A stretch of 64,000 nucleotides of DNA from Bugula neritina (taxonomy: Eukaryota; Animalia; Bryozoa): positions 14,321,133 through 14,385,132 of the forward strand of contig OZ037771.1 of the NCBI GenBank assembly GCA_964035545.1. Reading direction: 5' to 3'. The position numbers and the translations under genes are program-made. This document shows, piece by piece, positions 13,061-25,413 of this stretch. Each line of letters starts with the position of its first letter. Positions within the stretch are counted from its first letter, which is position 1. A model generated the notes under the pieces. That model was not told the DNA's origin. It saw only the letters and a list, made by a program, of their open reading frames with translations, and did not search any database.

Positions 13061-13720
13061 TTAATCATTTTCTGCCAAACTACTGTTAACCATTTTGTCA
13101 CAATTATATACTAAAATTATCTGCATGCATACTTGCAATGTAATACAAATGTTGACATCAATAAATTAATGTATATTAGAAACTAGGGTCACACAACATT
13201 AATTGATATTCGTGAAGATAAAAACAATTACCCTTTTACAGAGCTGCAGTTGTACAGTACCTACTATCATCTCTCTCTAATATAGAATGTTACAATAACT
13301 TATTTCATGAAAGTACATTAGTTTGTAAGCCTTGCAAACCACCATGTTATCTACTCTGTTAGTCACAAATATTTCATATTGTTATGCACATGGCTAGCAC
13401 CAAAATGCACACACTGAGTCAAGTTGAAGCATTTTGAAATAACTTCAAGTTTCTAGACAACTAGCAGGCCAGCAGGTTATTTTATTTGCTCATCAGTTTA
13501 ATTTTTTCTACATAATTTCCCACAACATTGACAAATGTATAGACATCCTTGCAAAGTGCTGGGGCAAAATTATTAAATTCAGCATCCAAATTAGTAAAAT
13601 TTTTGAAAATTTGATTGGTCACCAGTTTTTCTGATAAGTTGTAGACTGCAGAGTAGCTTGTGAGTCAAGTTGTATTTATTTGGTAAGTTGAATTCTTCAG
13701 GTTGTCAACATTATTCACTG

Positions 13721-13739
13721 TCAGCTGATCATCAGCTGA
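13721..13739. promoter_or_regulatory. Paired CAGCTG E-boxes (tcagctgatcatcagctga) upstream of TFAP4
   Basis: Two AP-4 consensus sites 11 bp apart in a near-palindrome, about 680 bp upstream of the ATG. Confidence 0.5.
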
Positions 13740-14409
13740 GCTTTTTTATCAATGGCCTTGTTCAATGGCGCAGGAGTAATCTCTCTCGCTGTGCATTTTC
13801 GCAATATAATCTCATTGACGTGTTTCTTGGCTGCATACCAGACGAGAAGTTGAATGACTTTTAAAGAGAATAATCAAGTGCACACAAATACTAGGGTTTT
13901 TTACTTTTAAAAGAACAATTAATGCACAAATATAACATCTGTATTGAGTTATTCATAAAACAATAATTGTTAATATTAAAAATTATTTTTTATAAATTCA
14001 TTTTTCAAAGTGAAAATGTAAAAAAAAATAAGTAAATGTAACTTTAGATTCTCCTTAGTATTACGTTTTAAACATCAACGCGTATTATATCGCGTTGGCG
14101 TGCTTCCAATTTTCATTATAATTGTTGTTTATCACTATTCCTGCTTAATATTAAAATTATTTCATTCAAAAATTTATATTTATAACATTTTTAAATAAAA
14201 TAAATGCAAATAATAAATATTGTATTTAAAAAGAATCTAATTTTGAACAATTATTTTATAGCGGAGTAAAACAAAACACCGGTGTCTGATCCTTCGCGCC
14301 AATGCTACTACGATATACAGCTGTTGATTGCACTCGCGTTTGCGGCTACAAGCGTAGTAAATAGTAGTAGTAAAACTGCGTAATTATTTCGGTTTAAATT
14401 TAGCTGGAT

Positions 14410-17400
14410 ATGCGGCAAGTTGTTAATGGTGTTAAAGGTGCCCCCTTTTTAGGGCAATCCTCTTGCATATCTTTGAAAAACTCCGACAAGGAACAGAACT
14501 ATAATTATGAATATGAGCCTGAGGAAGAGCACGATATTGATGACTTGCAAGATCAACTTCAAGTAGTTCACCGTGATTCCAGCAAAAATACTGCCAACAA
14601 TATTAATGATAACGGCTGCACGCGTAAAGTCAGGTATGTTAGTAGTGATTGTTTATCAAATTGACTTTAAAATGGTGTTTTTCCTGGGCTGAAGTTGAAC
14701 TTGAAGTTGATATACCAACACTATCATCTAAGTCTAATAATAATACTAATAGTAATTATTAAAACTGAAAGCCATTTCTGATCTATGTCATTGTTGAACT
14801 TAATAGTAAATAGCTATACTTGTTGAAAACTAATACTTATACTGATACTCTAAGTATAACGGCTACTAATTTTACTAGATTTGGTGATAGACATATGCAA
14901 CTGTAGTTCTAGTAGTAGTAGTAGTTGTTGTTGTTATACTTATAGCTAAGCCGATGCACTGGTAATAATTGTAACGCCACGGCCAAATTATTACTAAAAC
15001 AACTAGATAATTCATTAATTGTAATAAAATCTGGTAAATGAGAAGTAAAACTATTCCCAATTAATTACTGTTAGTATTTTTCTAAAGAAAATAAATATAA
15101 AATGTGCTTCTATTTCTAGTTCTATGCATTAACATCAGAACACATATTCTCCATAAATTAAAGTTTGAATTGCAGTTACTAGTACTCGAGCTCGTGTAAA
15201 TAAAGATGATACTGACTTACACACATAAATCTAATATCAAACTGAACAACTACAAATAGAACATGTGTGTGCAGCGCACTTGTTCATTGCTCCATTATTA
15301 TAATTATTGATTTGAGTGATTGCCTATTGAAATTTTAGTTTGCAGTGATTTTTTCATATTAGGCTTAATCAAGTTGAATCCTACATTCCAATCACTATCA
15401 GTGAATCACTCTTGGCGACTTTTCCATTTCACCAGCAAACCTACATTTTAGCAAGTCAGTTACTTGGATATAGACACAATACTGGTTTTCTAGTCATTCC
15501 ACACAGTTGCATACCTAAATAATTTATACTATATTAGTTTGATGGGTGACTTGAGGTGTTGAAGTTGTGCTTATTCAATGCCATTTCATGGCTATTAATA
15601 TATTGTTAACTGCCCACTGATGGTTAAGTATCGGCATTGATTACATAATATGCCAGCTGGAATTCCAATCCTACGAATACATTTGGATAAATGCCAGCAT
15701 TGACTCAAAGTCAGTTGATGTGGAAGTGTATCAGCTGATTTTACGTGGCGTGTTGTAAACGTGCCTCCTTGTGATGATAATTATAGTAATTGCCTGCGTC
15801 TTTCTTTTACAGGGGTTCGGGTCCCCAGTTGGAAAAGGAGCGTAGCTACAGGAGGGAAGTTGCCAATAGTAATGAGCGCAGGCGGATGCAGAGTATCAAC
15901 CAGGGGTTCATGTGTTTGAAGAGGATGTTACCGAGTGGAGATAGTGGAGAGAAGTTAAGCAAGGTAGGCTTCAGGGTATTATCTGAGCTGAGGGAAGGGG
16001 GTTGGACATCGGCTAAAGAGGCACTTAGAAGCTGTTATTGAGTTCACAGACTCAGACTGTTTACTTTACTGGAGGCTGTTGAATTCCTAGCAGTTATATT
16101 TAGCTGTCTGCCACAATGAATGGACTGTTTACTAGCAGACAATGCAGTGTTCTTTGCAGCTGTGTGTTGTGTACTGTGTGTATAGTATTATAGTATAGTA
16201 TAGACTGTATAGTATAGTGTGTATAGTATAGTAGTGTGTATAGTATAGTAGTGTGTATAGTATGTGTGTATAGTATGTGTACTATAGTATATATAGTAGT
16301 GTGTATAGTATGTATGCTATAGTAGTATGTATAGTATAGTGTGCATAGTATGTGTGCTATAGTAGTGTGTATAGTACGTGTGCTATAGTAGTGTGTATAG
16401 TATGTGTGCTATAGTAGGGTGTATTATAGTATAGAATGTACTTCAAGGCATCCATTGTTAAATTCAGCTGCTGAAAGAAAGTGATGAGCAATTAACAGCA
16501 GCTGTTTTATTCTCTACCAGCTGCTGTCACTCAAGTGTTACTACTAATACTACTACTAATACTACTACTACTGCTACTACTAGTATTACTACTATAGTAT
16601 TACTACTACTACCACTATTATTAATACTTCTACTACTACTACTACCACTACTACTACTACCACTACCACTACTACCGTACCTACTACTGCTACTGCTACT
16701 GCTACTGCTACTGCTACTGCTACTATAAATACTACCATTGAGCTAGTATAAATACTACAGCACAAAGTAGCGAATTCCTCCCATTGTTTGTGATTCACTG
16801 AATAGTTAAATAATCTCATTAGACTCACACATCCTCTGTATCTTTACATAGAGGGTGGTGAAGGAGGTGTCCCTTTATTAACTGTGTAGTTTAGTTAGGA
16901 TTTGGGTCTATTCTGTGGTTTGTGGTTAGCCACAATTTCCTTCTATTTATGGGGTTGTTTACTTCAAGGGTTGGGCTATGACCTAGAAGTTAGAATAATG
17001 TGCTCTAGGAATTCATGAATGGCCAGTCAACCCTGTCAATGGTGTATATGTGCTATAATATAGTAATATGAGCTATAATATAGTAATATGAGCTGTAATA
17101 TAGTAATATGAGCTATAATATAGTAATATGAGCTGTAATATAGTAATATGACCTGTAATATAGTAATATGAACTATAATATAGTAATATGAGCTATAATA
17201 TAGTAATATGAGCTATAATATAGTAATATGAGCTATAATATAGTAATATGAGCTATAGTATAGTAAAATGTGCTATAATATAGTAATATGAGCTATAATA
17301 TAGTAATATGAACTATAATATAGTAATATGAGCTATAATATAGTAGTATGAACTATAATATAGTAGTATGAGACTATGAGCTGTGGTAATATAAACTGTG

Positions 17401-20400
17401 ATATTGCCATACATATTCATAGGAACTTTGATAATGACACCAATATAAGCCATAATATAACAATAGCTTTAGTTCAGAATTGTATTTCGTATTCTACATC
17501 CAGGTTTCTGGCCTACTTTCCACAGAGTATAGCTCTCATATAAGCAGCAGTGAAGTATGTGTCAGCGGTCTGTGAAATATGTGTCAGCTATCTTATAGGC
17601 AGCAATATGTGTCAGCTATCTTATAGGCAGCAATATGTGTCAACTCTGTTACAGGCAGCGGTGTTACAGAACGCAGCTGACTATATGGCACAAATACTAG
17701 AAGAGGGACGGAAGCTAAAGCTACGGAATTTGGAGCTGATGCAATCCTTGGCAGCTGAAAGACTCTCGGAAGAATCTCTCCCTCACAAGAAGAGGAAACG
17801 AGATATTACTGGTTTGTTTACGCTCTGTTACCGTGGTTACTACAGCATTTGTCTACTACTTTCTGGTGCTCACAAAACAATCAGTTGTGAAGGGATTTTT
17901 CAGTTTGATTTACAAAAATACTCGTGTACTTTTCGTTTAATTGTCGGCTGGTTTTGTGGACCATGTTGGAACTTGCATTGCTCGCTCCACACATGATTAC
18001 CCTCATGGTATGTGCTTGAGAATAAACCATTGTAGAGATCGCTGGCATTCAGCCAACTTTGTGCTAAGAAATCAATAAAATCATAAAAGGTTATGTCATC
18101 CTTTGTTGGCTGCTAAACAGCTGGCTTAATTGTAGTTGTTTAAATAAGCACTATTCCCCTGATTGAGCAATGACAATAATACTTATAAATACTGCTTATT
18201 GTACTTCACTGAGTTAATTGATATTGATTTGAGATATTTCATGGTATCTTTCAATATAGTCGTGAATTTGACTAGCAGCCAAAAATCAACTGCTGTTGTT
18301 GACCTTGTATGGGCATACCATTTCCTGTGTACTTAGTAGAAGTTGTGTACGCTTGGGATTACATGTAGTTTACTGTTACAATAGTGTGCCTAGGAAAAAT
18401 ACTGCAATTAATGTCAAGGTTACAATGCATTTTATTTTGATAATAGAGAGTTCAGACGAGGGTATCAGTATGTGTTACCAACCCCCCACCTCTGTCGCCG
18501 TATCGTCAGAATCTGAGGCTACCATAGAGGAACTGCGCAGAACTATAAATGAGTTGAAGCACCGGTTGGAAGCTGAAACGAAAAGGAGACGATTCCTCGA
18601 GCAATCCTACACCTACAGTCTGATGGCAGCGCAAGCGTCGGTGCCTTCGTCAGCGCTGCTAGCTGACTCTACTACTCTAGCTCCATCCTTCGTCACGCCA
18701 CTCTCACCCCCTCAATCACGGCATGCGTCAACTGATGAGGTATGACCTTTGCGTGACATTGAAGTTTTTGGCAATGTCTTGTTTTAGCTGCCCTAGCCAG
18801 TTCACACTGGCCAGGCCAAAGGCTAAAGCTATTGGACTGTTTGTAAGGTGGTGCCACCCTGAAACTTAGTTACTAAACAAGTACAAAGGTTGTGCATAGT
18901 CTGGCCACTGATAAGTAATGTCTGTAATTTCACTTTTGACCTTGAGATTGACCTGCGATCACTTTTCCTGCTTTCACAGCCTGACTAAGTATTTAGACAC
19001 ACATTGGGTAGTTTCACTTTGGTAATTAGATGCATCTAAGTTTAGCTTTAAATTTCATTTCATTGAATCTCATCAAAATCCAGCTGACTCCAGCCCTTCG
19101 ACAGCTGTTCATGTTATAGTCAGTCTGTCAAACCGGCAGCCTTAGAAAACTACTAGTCCTAGAAATCTGAAAAAAGTTCTAGTTCAAAATAGCGGAATTG
19201 TGAAGTTACTAAAGGCATCAAATTGTTTGCTACCCTGTAAGACATAGTCCTAGAGTCCTAGACACTACACGTAGTCCTAGAGACCTAGACACTACACGTA
19301 GTCCTAGACACTACACGTAGTCCTAGACATAGTCGCTTAGTGCTGCCAATCTTGTGGGAACAGCAGCAGCTGCTAATGTTGATACTGCAGTCGAAGTATT
19401 TTGTTGATGAAATGAGGTCACCTTTGACACTTGATCTGGTGAATAGCTCTGTCCCTCCACTGGTCAGTCCGATAACCAGTTCCCTCCCTATGATGTCATA
19501 GATAATGTCCACTAATAATAGCCAAGTGTTTATCTCAACCAGATTATCACATTTCATTATACAAAAATGTAGACTGAAATAACAACCCTGGATATCAGTA
19601 TGTCCCTAACAGTAGGTCTGCCCCTAACTGTAAGTCTGCATTTAGGAGCAGTAGTGAAGAAATTGAGATAGTCTAAGTTCTTTAATTTTGTTAAATTTTG
19701 ATTTGGGGTTTGGTTTGGAAGTTTTTACTTCAACAACCACCTAGCCGTTATCTGTATTACTCCTGTCTGTTAGAACTCAGTCTATCAAGTCCGTGTTCTG
19801 TTTGACAGCAGGTGGCTGCCGATACGCTGCCCAAGTGTGACGCTGACACACAGCTCTCGTCAGCAGAAGACAGGAGCTGCCAACCTGGTGGGAAGGCGTC
19901 CTCCGTAGCCAGTCAGAACCTCAGTATCATAGTTGAGGCTATCAACCACTTGGAAGGGGACGGTCAGCTGCCCCCCTCTTCTACTGCTGGTTTCGTCTCC
20001 AGCTCTGAAAAGGTGTGTATCTCTAGTCTGTGTCACATGATTTGTCTGCGTTTTCACATTGACTTCCTGTTCCACAATTTAACTCTTTGTCTCGTGTTAC
20101 AGGAAACGGATAGCGGCGTATCTCATGGCGAATCTTCAGACGATACGAAGAGTGAGAACTCCGACAGTCCGCATTTACATCCGCCACTGTCGGCAACCCC
20201 CCTGTTGCAGCCACCCCCTGCTCACCAGTCTTCTATATCTCTAAGTCAGCATAGAGCTCAGCCCAGTGTCACCTCATCTCTATACACACAGCAGCACCTG
20301 CTGGGCGTGCCAACCGCCACACCACCTGCCATCCCTCTCACATACAAGCCTACGTTCCTCAGCGCTTACATCCCATCTCAGGGGGCGTCTCACCCCAGCC

Positions 20401-20438
20401 TCAACAATTTTGTGCTCTCCCAGCCACAAAGTCTCTAG
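14410..20438 (+). CDS. TFAP4: Transcription factor AP-4 (bHLH-ZIP; cropped orthologue); 6 exons
   Basis: Exons 14410-14633, 15813-15963 (RREVANSNERRRMQSINQGF..GEKLSK), 17655-17811 (AAVLQNAADYM), 18447-18739 (ESSDEGIS, coiled coil), 19809/19812-20012 (QNLSIIVEAINHLEG, AP-4 C-terminal motif), 20103-20438. Phases are consistent. The start codon and first exon are less certain. Confidence 0.92.
16180..16735. repeat. Compound microsatellites: (tagtgtgta/tagta)n then (CTA/CTG)n
   Basis: Direct inspection; TFAP4 intron 2. Confidence 0.9.
17050..17372. repeat. 20-bp minisatellite x about 16 (ctataatatagtaatatgag)
   Basis: Direct inspection. Confidence 0.95.
17575..17660 (+). repeat. 28-bp repeat containing the TFAP4 exon-3 acceptor (..tag|gcagc / ..cag|gcagc)
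   Basis: aatatgtgtcagctatcttataggcagc x2, then aatatgtgtcaactctgttacag|gcagcg. Confidence 0.85.
19245..19335. repeat. About 19-bp repeat (tagtcctagacactacacg)
   Basis: Direct inspection. Confidence 0.8.
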
Positions 20439-23400
20439 TACTTTCTGTAAGAGGTCATTGGCTATCTAGCTCGATCTCTACCAAGCGTTGCTCCAGGTTT
20501 CCTCCGCAAAATATGTGTTGTGGAACAGGAATGCAAGCTACGCTTGCCATGCGGGACCCTTGAGGACGCCCCCTTCTTATTTATACTCTCAACTTCAATG
20601 CAGCTGAAGCTAAGCCAGGTTCATTGTATCGACTACTTATAATAACTTGATGGGCAGTGAAGTGCCCAGCGTGATTGCGGTGTGCATGTTGGCTTACTGT
20701 ATATTATTTGGCTACACATTTCAACTATATTTCTTCAACTATGTCAAATAATATTCCCGGTGATAGCAACTGTTAAATGGAATCGCAACTCCGGTAACGT
20801 TGCGCTTTTTCATAGCTTTTAAGTTTCTGTTGTAAATTTTTTACTGTAAATGAATGAATTTATCGTGTTAACATTTTTAGAGACATTTCTAATGTAAATT
20901 GACAGCTGCTATGGCTTCATGGTTGTACATACACACATTTATCAGACTTGTCTTTTTCAGAAATGGTCACTGGTTTACCTCACTAAACCAGCTGAAGTTA
21001 TTTCCAAATTATTTGTGACTTGAGCACAATTTCATCATTTGACTTAATTTTCATCTATTTAAATAGCCATGTCATATCTTTTGTAACATATTTCTGTCAC
21101 ACCATTGTATTTGATTTTATTCATTGTAGCTTGTGTAATTTCCTTTTAAATAACTTCTGGGGAGGACAACTCCAAATATGATTTTACAGTATCACAAGTT
21201 ATCCTCCCTGGGCATGTTCTATGTTTAGTATTATTATAATTATTATTGTTCTATAACTGTATGATAGTCACAGCTCGGTGTTCGTTTTAATATCTACAAT
21301 TTTACTGATTGTCTTTAACTTTTTGGTTTAACTATAATATTTAATTGCGATATAAGTTGAATATAATGTAATAATAATAATAGTACGGTTATTATATGAA
21401 ACTACTAATAGTTAAAGGATGAAACCATGCCGGTGTTTTCTCAATGTACAAAATAAGCATTTCTTTTTATTTCTATCATGTCAAGAAACACGTGTGATCA
21501 TTGCTATGATATCTGCAGCAGTCTTTTGTAATAATAATAATATTGTAATATTGCATGGTATTTTGTTATCAGTAATAAAATTGTCATTTTACATCTTCAG
21601 TGTAATTAATATTATTAGTACCTCCATACTTACACAGTTTTCTATGTCCAAATAAAGTTCCTGGTACTTGCTAATGAAGATTAATGAAGGTATAAAAATA
21701 ATGAGTTTTGTAGTTCAAATGAATTGATGAAAACATGGGCTTACCACCTACGCCTTTTTGTATTATTAGAAAGATTGATTTTAATTAATATGTCGCCTGT
21801 CTTGTGAAACTATACCCTGTAATGGGAGTCTGAGACAGTAGAATATATCCCTTCTACCATGTAGTTGCCACTAAGTTGATATTGTGTCCATAGAAAGTAT
21901 CATTCTTAGGTATAAATTATATGCTTTCATAGTGTATATGTGGTAGTCCTTTAGGAACATAAACTTTTATACAGGTTCAGCTAACAGCCCTAGCTAATGG
22001 TAGTTTCGAAATATCAGAACACCTCAGGTGGCTCCATTTTAGCTCATGGCATTCAAATATATAATCACATAGTATAATAATCACCACAAAACAATGTATA
22101 GATATCAGTTTTACTTTGGCTAGGAAGACAAATCATTCTTTATAGGTTTTTGTAATAAACTAACTAAAAATTAGAATTCATGGGTGAAGTAATAATCATC
22201 TATAAAGATTGTAATGCATGCTGTTTATTTGTACACATGTCGGATAAATCAATTAACTCTTGTTGATTGAGAAAGTTTATATGCTGTCAACTTATATGTT
22301 ACCCACTTTTAATGCTCTATGAAGTACTGTTGTGTAGGTATGCTTATATAACTATTTAATGTTTTATTCAACTTAATATAGTTTTAAATATCAGCAGGTA
22401 TTTAGCTCAAAAGGTCCCATAAAATCTTTTACTTCCTTCGCTCATGCCCATACAGCTAGCTAATAGCTATACACATGCACATGCTGCACACATAAATGAT
22501 GATTTTTACCAATATTATTTGATAATATTATATATATTTATTTCATATTTAAAAACAAAATCCTATATAATACAACTTGGCATAGTGTATGATAATCACT
22601 TCAAAACTTTTCCTAAAATCTTGTCATTATAAGTAGTGTTATAATATATCTGTAGTTTGGAAGTTATTGTGCCAGGGAGATAATCCTGGCTGTTTGCCAA
22701 TATTTGAATGAAAGATATGTTAGCTTTTTGCAGCTTGTTCAGCTATTTTTCAGCTTAATTTTGTTACGTTATTTTTGTTTGTATTATAAGTGTTAGTAGT
22801 TCACTTGCCAGGAAGACGGTCTAAAGAGCTGATGTTTGTAAGTGGAATTATAATTTTGAAGCTTTTGTTTTTGTTGATATTATTTGAAGGTTACTTATGT
22901 ATGTATTTATGTACAGGATGTAGCCATTTTTTGATATTTTGATAGAGTACAAGACAAAGAGCAAACAATAAATTCAGAGACTTAGATTGTTGCTCCAGGC
23001 TTGTTGCTATCCAACTCACTAAGTCATTCTGGGCACAGTCATGAACTAATCTCAATGTAGATCGTACTGTACATACTGCTGGTTTATCTTGTCACCTTGC
23101 AATTATTTTCTACACAGTATTGTACCATATATCAAGTTTTAATTATCATATGTGAGACGGACATATTTCATGAAAATTTCATCATAGTGATTAGTTCCCA
23201 TTAATTTGAAAGTTTGCTGTACTACATTATATGTAAAGTTCCAATTTATATGTTCTATGTATGCATATGATTTTATTTAATGTCAAACTTATTGAGAATA
23301 CGCATGCACCTAGTGTCATATCAGCTATAGCCAATGCTAGTCTTTATTTCAATTACACTTTCAATTACACTTAAATAATAGTTACACTGTTAACTTAAAA

Positions 23401-24464
23401 TGGGAGCTTCACATCTTTGATGGATACTTTTTATTTCATATTGTATTTTAACTAGTTGAAATAACTGTTTACTACCAAAAAAAGTTAACTAAATGGTTAC
23501 ACTAAACATTTTTCTTATGAATATCAACATTTTTTCTGCTTGTCTCAGAAAAGTGAAAGTAGAGGCCAGAATATATTCTCATGTGTCAAGTTTAAATTAA
23601 CTAGAATACTTTTCAACGATGAATAAAATATTGTTTTAATTAATTACAGGTGTGGTTATCAAAATCATTTCAAAGTGTGCATAACTTTGAAATAAAGAAA
23701 GCCAATAAAAAATCTTTAGATCTTGTGACTATCATGTTATTATGGTTATTATGCCATGTAAGCAATACATGCTCTTAATCAGAATATTATGTTGATTATA
23801 AATGGTATATATTAACATGTTTAGGTAATAATCTACTTCAGTTTCTAGCAATATGAAAAGGCTAGACCAGAAGTATTTATAATTCTATTCTATAGCAACA
23901 CCCCCATAATATTCAAGCTGCTCTGTCATATTACAGCTTGCTTCAGATGAGAGCTGTAATAATTTCACTTTGTCATATTATTTTGGAGAATTGACATACT
24001 ATTCTTTATTATAATTTTTATAGAGTGTGTAGATATTGTGAAAGGAAAACCAGTGCGCTGCTGATCTACACTATGAGTGACAAGCTGTTATTATTTGAAA
24101 GCTCAGCTACATAATATGTACACAATATTCATACTTTTAAATCATAACAGTCTGTTAGACATTATGCTAATTAACGAATTTCACTATTTGCTTATTTTAG
24201 TTTTTATAGTAAAAACTTAATCATAATTACTCAAAGTTGTGTTTCGTTAAAAAATTGCAAAAAAATTAAGATTTTTTTAAATGAAGAAATGGGAAGAATC
24301 ATGAAACATGCAAATTCAAATACACAACACAAAAACAAAAGACATGGGCAGGCTACAGATTTGCTTCTTTAAAAAGTGACTGACACTAAATATGTAGTCC
24401 TAAAACTCAAAGTTATGTAATTCTTGTAATGGAGGTACAAATACATTAATGTAATAAGTCACTC

Positions 24465-25413
24465 CTAGTTTCTGATATGTAGGTGGTTGTGGTTCTCTTG
24501 TGGTGCAACAGGATGGTTTAATTTACAGCTGAGTAGTCTTATGACATGTTGAATGTATGAGGAGTTTAAATATATAAATAAAACAGCATTCAGAGTCTCA
24601 TATAATCCTTGAACTATGAAAACACCAATGTCAATTAGTCTAGCTTTTTCCTCAGCCAGCTTGTCCAGTCCTCTTGCACTCATAGCAACAAGTGATGGAA
24701 AGAAAGACAAGTGGAATAAGATGCTTGCATGTGAGCAACACGTATTTTCATAAGTGCTTCATCTTCTACAGGTTGAGCTGCGAGTCGTTTGTTTTAATTT
24801 CACACCCACTTTACCTAGAGTTACTATGGTTATCACAGCAGGTACAAGGAAGAGAGGGAGTTTAATTGCAGTGGCAAGTGGAGGCTTATGTTGGATAATG
24901 TCAGACCAAAACCATTGTTCAAAGTACAGAGATTTTATTACCGCTGAGAGCACCAAGCTGACGCTCCAGATGATGGTGTAGCCAACTGCTAAGTGCTGGA
25001 CAAGCTTGTTGGTTGCATATCTGAATGGTGTGCAGATTGCGACATACCGCTCATAACTTGCAAAAGCTAAAACCAATCGCTATTAAAAAGAAAAAAAACT
25101 TTTTAGAATTGTCTTTCCCTAATTGCTTCGAAGCAAAGTTTTTTAGGGAACAATCCGTTTGCATGATAAGCATTAAACTAGCAAAAATATCAGAAGAGCC
25201 AATAATTGTCAGAGTCCAGAAGTACTTGGTACCTCTTAATTTATTGATATTAGAGAAAATAACGATGATGTGTAAAATGTTGACTAAAATTGTCACAGTG
25301 ATGATACCTGTGATGACTTGTGACCCACTTCTGTAACTACATATTTCTGTAACGGTCGAGTTGAAACAAAACAACTCATTGCCTGTTATTTCACTGGAAT
25401 CAGTCAAATTCAT
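24465..25413 (-). pseudogene. Intronless rhodopsin-like (class A) GPCR, disrupted by frameshifts and a stop
   Basis: N-terminal N-glycosylation sequons (NLT, NST), TM1/TM2, TM3 end LVLAFASYERYVAICTPFRY (E/DRY), TM4-5, TM6 ..LSFFP, TM7 LNAVLFIYLN. It is split across ORFs 25051-25413, 24759-25076 and 24465-24710, with a frame change near 25080, an in-frame TGA at 24759-24761 and no intron to explain them. Confidence 0.75.

Noticed and set aside
21000-24400. AT-rich intergenic stretch searched for RNA genes or transposons
   Set aside because: No tRNA, rRNA, snRNA, terminal inverted repeat or credible ORF recognisable by eye.
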